Shown: positions 29,774 to 39,570, numbered from the stretch's first letter. The stretch: 64,000 nucleotides of DNA from Pseudomonadota bacterium (GCA_027486675.1 JAIXOQ010000024.1:1332-65331), one strand, 5' to 3'. Made by a program: numbers and translations. Notes: a model not told the origin generated them from the sequence alone.

Positions 29774-30433
29774 ATGGCACTGGAGCGTGAACAAATTGCC
29801 CGGAGAATTGCACAGGAAGTCAAAGACGGCAGTTATGTGAACCTTGGGATTGGAATTCCAACCCTGGTCGCAAATTATATTCCGAAAGACATCCGTGTTT
29901 GTCTGCAAAGCGAGAACGGTATTTTAGGTCTTGGTCCTTATCCACTGGAGGCCGAAGTGGATCCTGATTTGATCAATGCGGGAAAAGAAACGGTCACTGT
30001 GCACCCAGGAGCTTCCTTTTTTTCGAGTGCAGACTCTTTTGCGATGATTCGTGCCGGCAAGATTGATCTCACGGTCCTAGGTGCAATGGAAGTTTCTGAG
30101 GCTGGGGATCTCGCAAACTGGATGATACCTGGAAAAATGGTGAAGGGTATGGGGGGCGCCATGGACCTGGTTGCCGGAGCTAGACGTGTCGTCGTTGCGA
30201 TGCAGCACATATCGAAGGATGGAAAGAGTAAAATCCTAAAGAGATGCTCACTCCCACTGACGGGCGAAGCTTGTGTAAATCGAATAGTGACGGAGCTTGC
30301 TGTCATCGATGTGACCCGTGAGGGACTGGTGCTTTTAGAGCGTGCTCCAGGTGTAAGCGTCGAAGAAATCGTGCGGGCCACTGAGGCGACGCTTCAGGTT
30401 CCAAACCATGTACCTGAGATGAACCTACAATAA
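29774..30433 (+). CDS. scoB: Succinyl-CoA:3-ketoacid CoA-transferase subunit B
   Basis: Catalytic-Glu motif LQSENGILG, and GMGGAMDLV. Confidence 0.9.
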   Translation: MALEREQIARRIAQEVKDGSYVNLGIGIPTLVANYIPKDIRVCLQSENGILGLGPYPLEAEVDPDLINAGKETVTVHPGASFFSSADSFAMIRAGKIDLTVLGAMEVSEAGDLANWMIPGKMVKGMGGAMDLVAGARRVVVAMQHISKDGKSKILKRCSLPLTGEACVNRIVTELAVIDVTREGLVLLERAPGVSVEEIVRATEATLQVPNHVPEMNLQ

Positions 30434-30444
30434 GGCGAGCAGAA

Positions 30445-31671
30445 CTATCCTGGCCCTTCGGCACCCGCATTTAGGAAATTGACAGAGCCAGACTCATCGC
30501 CTTCAATCTTTGCCGTGCCGCGAAGCTCGACCATGTAGCCGGTCGCGTTGTTCAGAAGGGTTGGGTAATCAATGGTCGGCTGATTGCTGAGGTATCCCGC
30601 ATAGTGCCAACAATCGCTTGAGGTTGCATCTTCACATTTCGTGAGTGTCTGGCTGATTCCGCCGGAAACTTTAGTCACAGAGATCGTTGAAGGATTGGGT
30701 TCATTCGGTAGAACCAGGTAGGCCTGACGGTAAGCGACTCGGATGATTTCAAGATTATTGCGAATACCGTTTAACGCCTCAGGAAGACTTTGTTGGCAGA
30801 TATTGTACGAAGCGCCGCCTAAAGCTTGTGAGACATCGTAGTACCGAGTACCTGACCAGGTGTAAAACCCTCGACAAGGTGTGACCTGGTCGTTGTAGGA
30901 CACCATCGAATAATACTTAATTTTAGAGGTATCGTTGCCCACAGTTGCAAGGAGTTGTGAGGCAAGGGTCGCAGTCGGCGTAGGGTTTTGTGGCCATAGA
31001 CTGTTTTGACTACCAGCACCTGTATTTCCATTATTCCATGGAGTCCACGTTGCGCCCGATGTGTCGCGGCCACTGGAAAGAGTGATCACGGCAAGCAAAG
31101 CATCTGGTCGTCTGAAGCGATCGATCGATTGCACGTCGCTTCGATTCAGGAATGTCACTTGAGATTGTAAGCCTGGTTCTCTTCCGGATTCACCCACCAC
31201 AGATGTTGGAAAGAATGCAGCACCGAGCGGCGCAAAAACGGTCGAAAGAAGGGTCACGCCTGGATCCGTAATGTTTGCGCCAGGGTAAGGCGATTCCCAA
31301 AGACCTTGGGCGGCCCAGTTTCCATCGTAAATTGATCCCGCAACTTGGTTCGGGCTGAGCGGCGATTCTGAGAGGGTTCCTGTATCGATGGTCTTGATCG
31401 GTAGAGTAAACAGACGGTAGTTCCAGCCGCTCGATTCCAGGTCTGATGCGAAGGTTTGAAAGGATGGAGAGATGTCCGGGAAAATGCTCGCGATGTTTCC
31501 GACTGTGTCTAAGCTGAAGAGGATGTCGACTTTCGGCGGTAAATTTTTATAGCCCGGAGCTGAGATGAGCTGACTATTCACGCCGGGTACGAATGCTTTT
31601 TTGCCGCAGCCTGAAAGCGCTAGCGCGCCAAGCAGCGTCAAAGAAACAGTGAGTGAGCGAATGCGTGACAT
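30445..31671 (-). CDS. Lipoprotein, unknown function
   Basis: Lipobox ALALSGC, AAGGAG RBS, preceded by a sigma-54-type promoter. Confidence 0.6.
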   Translation of the reverse strand: MSRIRSLTVSLTLLGALALSGCGKKAFVPGVNSQLISAPGYKNLPPKVDILFSLDTVGNIASIFPDISPSFQTFASDLESSGWNYRLFTLPIKTIDTGTLSESPLSPNQVAGSIYDGNWAAQGLWESPYPGANITDPGVTLLSTVFAPLGAAFFPTSVVGESGREPGLQSQVTFLNRSDVQSIDRFRRPDALLAVITLSSGRDTSGATWTPWNNGNTGAGSQNSLWPQNPTPTATLASQLLATVGNDTSKIKYYSMVSYNDQVTPCRGFYTWSGTRYYDVSQALGGASYNICQQSLPEALNGIRNNLEIIRVAYRQAYLVLPNEPNPSTISVTKVSGGISQTLTKCEDATSSDCWHYAGYLSNQPTIDYPTLLNNATGYMVELRGTAKIEGDESGSVNFLNAGAEGPG

Positions 31672-31697
31672 GATAGGGGAGCTCCTTGACCAAGATA

Positions 31698-31716
31698 AAG
31701 CAAGCTCTAGGCCAGT
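31698..31716 (-). promoter_or_regulatory. Sigma-54-type promoter (-24 TGGCCT / -12 TTGCT) upstream of lipoprotein gene 30445-31671
   Basis: The minus strand reads ACTGGCCTAGAGCTTGCTTTATCTTG. The GG-N10-GC spacing is exact. The -12 GC lies 29 nt before the ATG, with an AAGGAG RBS in between. Confidence 0.45.
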
Positions 31717-31866
31717 CCATTTTTCGGAGCCTATCTAAAAAAACATAATGATAACAACAATTTGGACTAATGCCCTTGATGCAGGCTCCGGCGAGCGCAT
31801 GACAGCTGCATAAAAATTAGACATATTAAGCCCGCAGGCAAAACGGACGATAGGAAGAGTGACGGT

Positions 31867-33306
31867 ATGTCTGCAGACCACTTAAGCCGAGACTTGAAAT
31901 CGATCCTCACCTCCTTCATCGACTTGCTGGAGTGTGATGGGGGTTCCATTTTTACGGTGGCAAAGTCTGGCCATGGAGAATCGAAGCTCGTTTTTCGCGC
32001 CATGATTACTCAAAGTGTCGAGATCACTGAGGTCCCCGAAGCACTCAAACACATGGCGTTTGCTATTGATGACACTACACTCGTCGGCCGCACTGGCCTC
32101 AATCGATTCGTCTATGAAGAGTCCTACTTAGAAAGTGAAGCATCCGGTCCAAAGTCGGTGACCGATGACCTGATTCACTATGAAACCAAGAGCATTCTAT
32201 CTGCTCCCTTGGTGACTCCGCGTGGCGATCTAGTGGGAGTCGTGCAGCTTGTAAATAAGGCGCCTGATTCAGAAGGAAAAGAGCGTTCTTTTGGAGATCG
32301 TGATGCGCGGCTTTGTGGAATAGTGAGTCAGCAGGCGGCGTTGTCGATTGAGAATTCCATGCTGCTTCACGAACAAGAAAAAATATTAGATGGATTCGTA
32401 AATGCTTGCGTCACTGCAATTGAAACTCGTGACCCTGTTACCAGCGGACATTCACAGAGGGTATGTGATTTAACCCTAGGATTAGCCGACGCGGTCAATA
32501 AGACCCGAAGTGGTTCTCTGGCTTTTGTATCCTTTAGCGATACACAGATCCGTGAAATTCGATACGCGGCAATGCTTCACGACATTGGAAAAATTTCAGT
32601 GAAGGAACAGATTCTCAATAAAGAAAAGAAGCTTTTTCCTTGGGAGCTTGAGCTGATCGATATGCGGCTTAAGATGATGAAGACTGCTATTCGTGCGGAG
32701 TTTAAGGGAAAAGAAGAGCAAATAGAACTTCATCGGCAGTTGCGTGAGATCGAACGTGCATGGGCCATGATTCAGGCTGCCAATGAGCCGACTGTACTTC
32801 CTCAAGAAGTTTCACAAGGAATCATCGAGCTCACGAAGTTAGAGGTTCACGTTGAAGATCACTCTACCTGTTGTGCGTTGACGCCAGAGGAAAGTGAAAA
32901 ACTACGCATTGCACGTGGTTCGCTCACAAAAGCGGAACGGATTGAAATTGAACGGCATGTCGCGTTTACCTACGAAATATTAAAAATGGTCCCTTGGAGT
33001 CGTGGCCTTGAACACGTGCCCCTCATCGCGCATAGACACCACGAAAAGTTAGATGGAACTGGCTATCCACTCGGAAAGCAGGCGGATCAAATTCCAATGC
33101 AAAGCCGTATGCTGACCATATGCGATATCTATGATGCGTTGACGGCGAAAGATAGGCCCTACAAAGCGTCGGTCCCTGTAGAAAAAGCAATTGCGATCCT
33201 AGAAGACGAAGTACGACAGGGCAAGTTAGATCATGTGTTGTGTCAGCTCTTTGTCGAGGCAAAAGTCTTTATGATCCCGCAGCACAAAGTCAAAAAATCA
33301 GCCTAA
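31867..33306 (+). CDS. GAF-domain HD-GYP phosphodiesterase (c-di-GMP signalling)
   Basis: N-terminal GAF-like region. HD motif AAMLHDIGKI and HHEKLDGTGYP (HD-GYP). Confidence 0.8.
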   Translation: MSADHLSRDLKSILTSFIDLLECDGGSIFTVAKSGHGESKLVFRAMITQSVEITEVPEALKHMAFAIDDTTLVGRTGLNRFVYEESYLESEASGPKSVTDDLIHYETKSILSAPLVTPRGDLVGVVQLVNKAPDSEGKERSFGDRDARLCGIVSQQAALSIENSMLLHEQEKILDGFVNACVTAIETRDPVTSGHSQRVCDLTLGLADAVNKTRSGSLAFVSFSDTQIREIRYAAMLHDIGKISVKEQILNKEKKLFPWELELIDMRLKMMKTAIRAEFKGKEEQIELHRQLREIERAWAMIQAANEPTVLPQEVSQGIIELTKLEVHVEDHSTCCALTPEESEKLRIARGSLTKAERIEIERHVAFTYEILKMVPWSRGLEHVPLIAHRHHEKLDGTGYPLGKQADQIPMQSRMLTICDIYDALTAKDRPYKASVPVEKAIAILEDEVRQGKLDHVLCQLFVEAKVFMIPQHKVKKSA

Positions 33307-33361
33307 AAATTACCCAAAAAGTGTTAATGGCTCACGGAAGAATGACGATACGTGAATAGCA

Positions 33362-34198
33362 ATGGGTCTATTAGACATCAAAGAAAAGACAAAAAAATTC
33401 TTCGCCGGAACTTTCGGTACGCTTCTGATTGCGCTCACTATTCTATCGGGCGTTGCAGCACTCCTTTCCCCATTACTCAAAGACGCCATTCATTCTGAGA
33501 TCGGTGTAAACCTCAAAGAAATGGGATTGACCGAAACCTATCGGTTCTATCTCCATGAAGCGATCATTAGGCTGAACGAGCTTGAGCAGGCGGATCGTGA
33601 GAATGAAGAGCTGAGACGTCGAGTGGATCTCTTAGAGAAAGAACGTGATCAAGACAAGCTTTCAAGCGTCGAAAAGGCCATGCACGTTCAGAAGGACATG
33701 CAGGCAAAAATTCAAAAAGAACAAACGGGTTCAGAAATTGGGCAGAGCTTAATGCAGCTCAAGTACGAGCCCCCAACAAATCTCATGCCACATCAACTCT
33801 ATGCGCTTGCTGTCGGGTATGTACGAAAGAATGAGAATCAACAGGCAGCGGCGATTCTGACTCGACTTGTAGAGCTTAAGGAGGACAAAAGCTATAAACG
33901 GCCTGAAGTCTACTTGCTGGCTGGTGTCGCTTGGTTTCGCCTGGAGAACTGGAAGATGGCAGAGACTTTCTTTGATAAAGCAATGTCAGGCTCCAGTGAC
34001 AGTATGCAGGTTCATAGGCAAGCCAAAGTTTGGCGGGCACTGCTTCTGAAACGGACCGGGCAGGAGCATCTTGCTCAGAAAATCATGATCGATCTCATTG
34101 CAAAGAGCCCTCACTCGAGTGAGGCCAAGTGGATCAATTTCAATGGAACTCGGGAACCGAGTCAGGAGGCGGAACATGTTCCTCATTCTGGGCATTGA
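33362..34198 (+). CDS. Membrane-anchored coiled-coil/TPR-like protein
   Basis: N-terminal TM segment, charged coiled-coil (ENEELRRRVDLLEKERDQDK), TPR-like helices. Confidence 0.45.
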   Translation: MGLLDIKEKTKKFFAGTFGTLLIALTILSGVAALLSPLLKDAIHSEIGVNLKEMGLTETYRFYLHEAIIRLNELEQADRENEELRRRVDLLEKERDQDKLSSVEKAMHVQKDMQAKIQKEQTGSEIGQSLMQLKYEPPTNLMPHQLYALAVGYVRKNENQQAAAILTRLVELKEDKSYKRPEVYLLAGVAWFRLENWKMAETFFDKAMSGSSDSMQVHRQAKVWRALLLKRTGQEHLAQKIMIDLIAKSPHSSEAKWINFNGTREPSQEAEHVPHSGH

Positions 34199-35168
34199 GT
34201 TTGTGCTTCTGTTGCACCCTGTCTCTGCTGCAACCATCGATCAGCTCTGCGCGACCTCCACGACTGCAAATGTGGCAGGTCAAAGTGATGTTCTTTGCGG
34301 TACGACCTATGTTGTTCGAAAAACCCCGTTATTTATGAAACATAGAGACGGCTTTCAGGTTCTGCTATCAGTAGGCTCCATTTTTAATTTGAGCCAGGAT
34401 GGTCATCGCTTTCGAATTACCCGAGGAAACGCACTCGTGCGCGGATCGATGTTAGGGAAGAGTCTAGAAATTGAGACGCCTCTTGCACATGCTGAATTTT
34501 CTGAGGGAGCCACACTTGTGAGTGTTGATCCAAAGACCCGTTCCATCCAGATCGGTTCGGTCTCAGGAACAGTTGTTGTTAAAAACCGATTTTTAGCTCG
34601 CGCTTTGGTTCGGGTTGAGGCGTCGGAAATGACCGCATTGAGTCCACTACAGACTTCTTTACATCCTCATCGACCGGAGTCCATGGATGTCGCAACGGTA
34701 CGGGCAATTGTGAGCTCTGTTGGTATGACCAAGGAAGAGTCTGACGAATTTGCGAGTAATGTAGCGTCGGAAAGAGAGCGCCGGGAGCGCAATTTCGCAG
34801 AAAACTTCGAGTCATGGCGGGGAATGCAGCCCTATCGCGAAGGCAGTCGTACACTTGCAGCGCCCATCACCGTGGATATCGTGAAAAAAAAGACGGGCCG
34901 AAGTATCGCGTCGGTAACGACAGTAGAGGTTCAAGAACAGGCCGTTTTTGAAAAGCAGTGGAGCCGACACTTGCTCGGAGATGCAGTTGATAGTCCTGAA
35001 AAATTATTACGGCCATCCCAAAAGAGGAAGCCAGCAAGTATTGCTAAGAAAGCCGCGAGCGTAGAAGAGGATCCCCTCTTCAAGGAAGAAAAAGCGCGTG
35101 TGCTGGATGTTATTCAAGGAGGAAACCATGAAAGTCTTGATCCTGACCCTCGCCCTGGTCATCGGTAA
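34176..35168 (+). CDS. Secreted protein, possibly FecR-domain-like
   Basis: ATG at 34176 after an AGGAGG RBS gives the signal peptide MFLILGIEFVLLLHPVSAA. The beta-rich segment (FRITRGNALVRG..IETPLAHAEFSEGATLVSV) resembles FecR-type folds. Confidence 0.4.
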   Translation: MFLILGIEFVLLLHPVSAATIDQLCATSTTANVAGQSDVLCGTTYVVRKTPLFMKHRDGFQVLLSVGSIFNLSQDGHRFRITRGNALVRGSMLGKSLEIETPLAHAEFSEGATLVSVDPKTRSIQIGSVSGTVVVKNRFLARALVRVEASEMTALSPLQTSLHPHRPESMDVATVRAIVSSVGMTKEESDEFASNVASERERRERNFAENFESWRGMQPYREGSRTLAAPITVDIVKKKTGRSIASVTTVEVQEQAVFEKQWSRHLLGDAVDSPEKLLRPSQKRKPASIAKKAASVEEDPLFKEEKARVLDVIQGGNHESLDPDPRPGHR

Positions 35169-35682
35169 TGCTGTCTTAAGCTGTTCCGCCAAGGCCGGTA
35201 TGTTTGAATCCGGTGGATCTTTAGGTTACCAGCGAAGTAACTATGGTGGGGAAAGCTTCACCTGGACTCGGAGGTATTCGGCGACCTTTGCATATTACTT
35301 CACCCAAGAAAGCCAAATCGAGTTTATGTACCAGGACTCGACTACTCGCACGTTTGTAAAGGACGTGCAGGATGTGATGTTTCGGGATCGGGTGTACAGC
35401 CTGAATCTTGTGCATCAGTTCTTTAAAAACGAAAGAATTTCGCCTTTCTTTCGCGCCGGCATAGGGCAATTGAACCGAGATGCCACAGGAACCTATCAGG
35501 GTGGGTACAGTCCGCCCCCTCGCGTGGATTCAGTTACAGGGATTTTAGGAGCCGGAATTAAAATCCGAGTTACCCAAGGGTTCTCTCTGAAAGTGGATGC
35601 AACTACATTTTTAGCAGGGGGAGCAATTGGCACATGGCAAGACAACTTCGCGATCTCTTTCGGCGGGTCTTTTTACTTTTAG
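35128..35682 (+). CDS. Small outer-membrane beta-barrel protein (OmpA-beta/OmpW-like class)
   Basis: AAGGAGGA RBS, signal peptide MKVLILTLALVIGNAV, alternating-strand pattern, C-terminal GGSFYF. Confidence 0.6.
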   Translation: MKVLILTLALVIGNAVLSCSAKAGMFESGGSLGYQRSNYGGESFTWTRRYSATFAYYFTQESQIEFMYQDSTTRTFVKDVQDVMFRDRVYSLNLVHQFFKNERISPFFRAGIGQLNRDATGTYQGGYSPPPRVDSVTGILGAGIKIRVTQGFSLKVDATTFLAGGAIGTWQDNFAISFGGSFYF

Positions 35683-36716
35683 CTCTCGCTTCTACGATCT
35701 ACGGCTGCTCAAGTCTCAGCTATTTGCAGCAGGCCGGAGTAGGTCAGCTCCGCGTATTTTCAAGGTCAAAACCGATTTCAAAGGTGCTACTCGACCCAAA
35801 AGTGGATCCCGAGGTGAAAGAACTTTTGGCCCAAGTTTCAATGATTAAATTATTCGCTGAAAAATCGGGTCTCAAAAAGACTCATAATTATGAAGAGTAT
35901 GTCGACTGGGGAAGGCCAGAGTTTATTCATCTCCTCATCGCTTCCCGTCCCGATCGGTTTGAGGCAAAAACTTGGGAATTTCCCCTCGTAGGGAGTTTTA
36001 ATTATTTGGGGTTTTTTCAGAGATCGGATGCAGACGTTTTGCGGGTGCAACTTGAGAGCGAGGGGTATGAAACCGAACTCCGAACTGCAGATGCCTATTC
36101 GTCTTTAGGTTGGTTTCAAGATCCGATTCTTTCGACAATGCTACCTCCAAGCCGGAAAGAGATTGGAGAACTGGTTCATCTGATTCTACATGAGTCGGTG
36201 CATGCAACATTTTTGATCCCGAACCAAACATCCTTCAATGAACAGCTCGCGGAATTTGTGGCAGGGCAGTTGACTCCCAGGTATCTCTCCGGGCTCACCG
36301 AGGGTGAGTCTTTCACGAAAAATTACCAGTCGAGTCGTGCGAGTCAGTCTCAGAGGTTGTCACTCATGCTTGCAGCCTACGAAGAGCTGGACGCTCTTTA
36401 TGCAATTTGGTCTGGTTCCGAACGTGAGAAGCAGAAGCGGGATGAGATTTTTAAGCGGCTGAAGCGTGACCTTAAATCCAAGCGCTCATTCAACAACGCG
36501 ACGCTAATTCATGTGAAGACTTATTCGCCTGCCGAGAGAGAGTTTTTAGCTTTATGGACGGATTGTAATGGGGACCTGGAGGCGTTTTTGAGGGTGATTC
36601 GCCAATTGAAAGAGGAGAGTTTTCCAGGTCCCCAAACTTCTAAAATTGGGGCAGTGATTGAAGGTCTTAGAAACAGTGCTGACCGTCACCCGCAAGGCAC
36701 ATCGTCCCACGAATGA
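35634..36716 (+). CDS. Lipoprotein, predicted zinc aminopeptidase-like (HExxH)
   Basis: Lipobox TIYGC. The LILHESVHATF metalloprotease motif and overall pattern resemble the predicted-aminopeptidase family. Confidence 0.6.
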   Translation: MARQLRDLFRRVFLLLALASTIYGCSSLSYLQQAGVGQLRVFSRSKPISKVLLDPKVDPEVKELLAQVSMIKLFAEKSGLKKTHNYEEYVDWGRPEFIHLLIASRPDRFEAKTWEFPLVGSFNYLGFFQRSDADVLRVQLESEGYETELRTADAYSSLGWFQDPILSTMLPPSRKEIGELVHLILHESVHATFLIPNQTSFNEQLAEFVAGQLTPRYLSGLTEGESFTKNYQSSRASQSQRLSLMLAAYEELDALYAIWSGSEREKQKRDEIFKRLKRDLKSKRSFNNATLIHVKTYSPAEREFLALWTDCNGDLEAFLRVIRQLKEESFPGPQTSKIGAVIEGLRNSADRHPQGTSSHE

Positions 36717-37344
36717 GGTGTGAGCGTGCAGGAATGGCTGTTCCATTGACGGCAGTCGTTGGGCCTGAGGACCAGACCGTAGACATCGTGCAGCCAGCCT
36801 GTGTTAGTCCTTCTTGCCCTTTTTGTCTGCAGTTATCGTATTGCGGAGCACTCATCTCCACGATGACGGGAGTCCCGCCGCCTGTAACGATTCCTGGGAA
36901 GGTCAAGGTTTGACTGGAGGGTTTTCCAGCGCAATTCGTGTTTTCACTGAATTGTGAGGAAACACCGCCGACGCTGATGTAGTCGGTCTCCCGGGGTATC
37001 CCATTCACTTTGATTATGAATTTCACACAGGCGTATTTGGCTGTGTAGGATTGAGACGGATTAAAAATCATATTGCTCGCTGGGAGCGGTGTGATTTTAA
37101 TGGAGAGATTTGAATCCGTGTAAACCTGAGGTGCTTGGAATGTTTGGTACCCATGAGCGCCGATGGTTCCACCGATTAAGAAATCGACTTCTTGCCCTGG
37201 GGGAAGATTGCTTCCGGGGCTTGAACCCGAGTTTGTGCTTCCACCACCACCCATATCGGTACCTGCGCTGCGATTACCCGCACTTCCACAGGCGGTAAGA
37301 ACTGTCGCCACAGTAAGAACGGTCAATAAATTTCTAACTTTCAT
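36667..37344 (-). CDS. Lipoprotein, unknown function
   Basis: Lipobox VLTAC, Gly/Ser-rich linker, Cys-containing beta-rich body. Preceded by a sigma-54-type promoter. Confidence 0.55.
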   Translation of the reverse strand: MKVRNLLTVLTVATVLTACGSAGNRSAGTDMGGGGSTNSGSSPGSNLPPGQEVDFLIGGTIGAHGYQTFQAPQVYTDSNLSIKITPLPASNMIFNPSQSYTAKYACVKFIIKVNGIPRETDYISVGGVSSQFSENTNCAGKPSSQTLTFPGIVTGGGTPVIVEMSAPQYDNCRQKGQEGLTQAGCTMSTVWSSGPTTAVNGTAIPARSHLIRGTMCLAGDGQHCF

Positions 37345-37367
37345 ACGAATACCCTCACCCTGAGATA

Positions 37368-37386
37368 AAGCAAGGTGCGGGCCAAG
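37368..37386 (-). promoter_or_regulatory. Sigma-54-type promoter (-24 TGGCCC / -12 TTGCT) upstream of lipoprotein gene 36667-37344
   Basis: The minus strand reads CTTGGCCCGCACCTTGCTTTATCTCA. The GG-N10-GC spacing is exact. The 12-mer CTTGCTTTATCT is identical to the 31.7 kb site. The -12 GC lies 26 nt before the ATG. Confidence 0.45.
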
Positions 37387-37410
37387 TGGCCTAACAAATA
37401 AGGGGCCACT
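37385..37410. repeat. 7-bp inverted repeat AGTGGCC-N12-GGCCACT abutting the -24 element
   Basis: Perfect 7-bp arms at 37385-37391 and 37404-37410. It could be a weak terminator for the upstream CDF operon or a protein-binding site. No U-tract follows. Confidence 0.3.
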
Positions 37411-37506
37411 ATCTTCCTGAAAGGATTCAGGATTCTACTGAAACCTCCGAGGCTGCGTTCGTCCCGACACATGGAACGCTTAGACAGGTGTCTAAAGAAT
37501 AGTCAG

Positions 37507-38475
37507 CTAAACGAGGCCCCGTTCGGTAATGGTTTCTACTGTGAATGGGATTTTGGACTGGAACAACCCGAGGCGAATTTTGCAGTCATTTACTTCGCAG
37601 CTGGAGCAGTATCGCTGCTCACAGGGATCGGTGTGGGATACAAACTCTGACTGTTCCGACAGCTCTTGAGAGAGCACTGCTGTGATGTGATCTACCTTGT
37701 GGTGGGCCTCACTTACGGTCATGTACTCAGGTACGACGATGTGCCAGTCGATCACCCGTTTCGACCCGACTCTTCGTGTGCGCATTTCATGTACGGCGAT
37801 GATCTCTTTGAAGGTGACTCTGTTTAAGACAGTCACAAGACGAGCACTGAATTCTGGGTCATCTCGATCTAACAGCGCATGTGCACTTTCAAAGAGAAGC
37901 CCTAAACTCGTGCGTACCATCCAAACTGCAACAGCAATTGCGATCGCAGCGTCGAGCCAGTGCCACCCAGTCAACATCACCGCAATCAGTCCAAGGATGA
38001 TGGCAACGGAGGACGCGAGATCCGTCATCAAATGGATCCCATCGGCCTCAATTAACTTGGAATGCAGTTTTTTCCCCTGTTTCCAAAGGTGATACCCTAA
38101 GGTGCCGTTTCCGATGCCAGCGATCGCACTCAGCAAAATCCCGTAGTCGAGCTTTCCAACGATCACTGGGTGTTGTATCCGCTCTGCTGCGGAAACGACG
38201 ATGAAGATCGCAGCCAGAAGGATCAGCGAACCTTCAAATGCACTTGCAAAGAATTCGATACGACCATGTCCATAAGGATGATTTCGGTCGGCTGGGGACT
38301 CAGCAAAACGGATCGCCCAAAGACCAAAGGCTGCTGCAACAATGTTTACGATACCTTCAATCGCATCCGATGCTAAAGCCACCGATCCTGTGATGTAGGC
38401 AGCAGCCCCTTTTATCCCGATCAGTATGAGCCCAAGTACTAGAGAGGTGACCATCAAGCGTACGCGTACACTCAT
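37507..38475 (-). CDS. Cation diffusion facilitator (CDF) transporter with Cys-rich C-terminal tail
   Basis: Six TM segments with a CDF pattern (SDAIEGIVN, HLMTDLASS) and a cytoplasmic domain. Tail motif C-x4-C-x2-C-x4-C at 37582-37623. Confidence 0.85.
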   Translation of the reverse strand: MSVRVRLMVTSLVLGLILIGIKGAAAYITGSVALASDAIEGIVNIVAAAFGLWAIRFAESPADRNHPYGHGRIEFFASAFEGSLILLAAIFIVVSAAERIQHPVIVGKLDYGILLSAIAGIGNGTLGYHLWKQGKKLHSKLIEADGIHLMTDLASSVAIILGLIAVMLTGWHWLDAAIAIAVAVWMVRTSLGLLFESAHALLDRDDPEFSARLVTVLNRVTFKEIIAVHEMRTRRVGSKRVIDWHIVVPEYMTVSEAHHKVDHITAVLSQELSEQSEFVSHTDPCEQRYCSSCEVNDCKIRLGLFQSKIPFTVETITERGLV

Positions 38476-39570
38476 TTAATGTGTGCCCCACTTCAGTGCC
38501 GTCATAATGACTTCATACGAGATCAGAATAACAACTGCGATTTCAAGATAGAGGCTGCGGCTGACGTCGACTTCACCCTGAAGCATCTTGCTGACTTGCG
38601 CTAAAAGATTCAGTTTACGAGTGATGTTTTCTTCCCAATCACGAATTCGGAATTCATCAGTGGAAGAACGAAATATTTTGGCGAGATAGAAATCCCCAAT
38701 CACCTTAAACGAACTATCGACACGCTCCAAAAATTCGGTGAGTTCGATGTACATCGCACTGGATTCTTTTGCGATTTTTGAGAAGCGGCTCGAGAATAAT
38801 TTTCCACGTGTTGCTTCAATCGCATCATAGAGAGTGGTGAGGCGTTGATCGAGGAGCTGATCGTAGTACCGCATTTCCATTAAGTGAGTAAGCGCGAATT
38901 CGATGACTTCAGGTACTTCTTTACGGCCTGAAGGCTCCACTACAAAAGCACTGTTCCAGTCAATGACTGTAAGGTCAGACTTTGAATACTGATTGACGGT
39001 ATAAAGAATGTCTTTGCGCATGGATTCAGCCAGAGTTTCACTGGGTTCGCCGACCAAGAGGCGGGGGACATCGTAGCGCTCAAATACGTCGGAAGGATCT
39101 TTAATGCCCTCCAGCGATTCAAAAAAGTAGATCACATAGTCTTCAAACTCAGCCCACTCATGTGCATCGCGCAGTGCCGGCTTTAAGGCAGAGACAATGT
39201 CTTGGCAGCGCCAGCGCGCAACCGTGTCGATGCTGGTTTCCGCCTCAAGGGCTGCTGAAAGCTGGATGAGCTGTTCCCACGTCATGTCGGTCGGGATCAA
39301 AAGCTGGAAATGAATGGAAAGAACACCATAGTCCCAAATCTTTGCAAAAGTCTCAGCCCGGATCATTTTCCCTTGGAGTGAGATCTCTGATTCACCCATG
39401 GAAAAGGTCACCGGAGCATTTCGCATGACGACTACGTGTCTCGGCCAGCGAGCGAGCTTAAGACGATCACGGCCGCTATCGGTCTTAAGCAACTGCTCGA
39501 CCTGTTTTAAGTCGACCTCTTCGGCGATGTCGAACACACGGTAAACGAGTACCGCGCCACGCCCAATCAT
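38476..39570 (-). CDS. RMD1/DUF155 (YagE)-family protein
   Basis: The overall pattern (VFDIAEEVDL start, single C-terminal TM helix) is typical of DUF155. No gap to the CDF start, and an ATGA overlap with the upstream gene. Confidence 0.5.
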   Translation of the reverse strand: MIGRGAVLVYRVFDIAEEVDLKQVEQLLKTDSGRDRLKLARWPRHVVVMRNAPVTFSMGESEISLQGKMIRAETFAKIWDYGVLSIHFQLLIPTDMTWEQLIQLSAALEAETSIDTVARWRCQDIVSALKPALRDAHEWAEFEDYVIYFFESLEGIKDPSDVFERYDVPRLLVGEPSETLAESMRKDILYTVNQYSKSDLTVIDWNSAFVVEPSGRKEVPEVIEFALTHLMEMRYYDQLLDQRLTTLYDAIEATRGKLFSSRFSKIAKESSAMYIELTEFLERVDSSFKVIGDFYLAKIFRSSTDEFRIRDWEENITRKLNLLAQVSKMLQGEVDVSRSLYLEIAVVILISYEVIMTALKWGTH

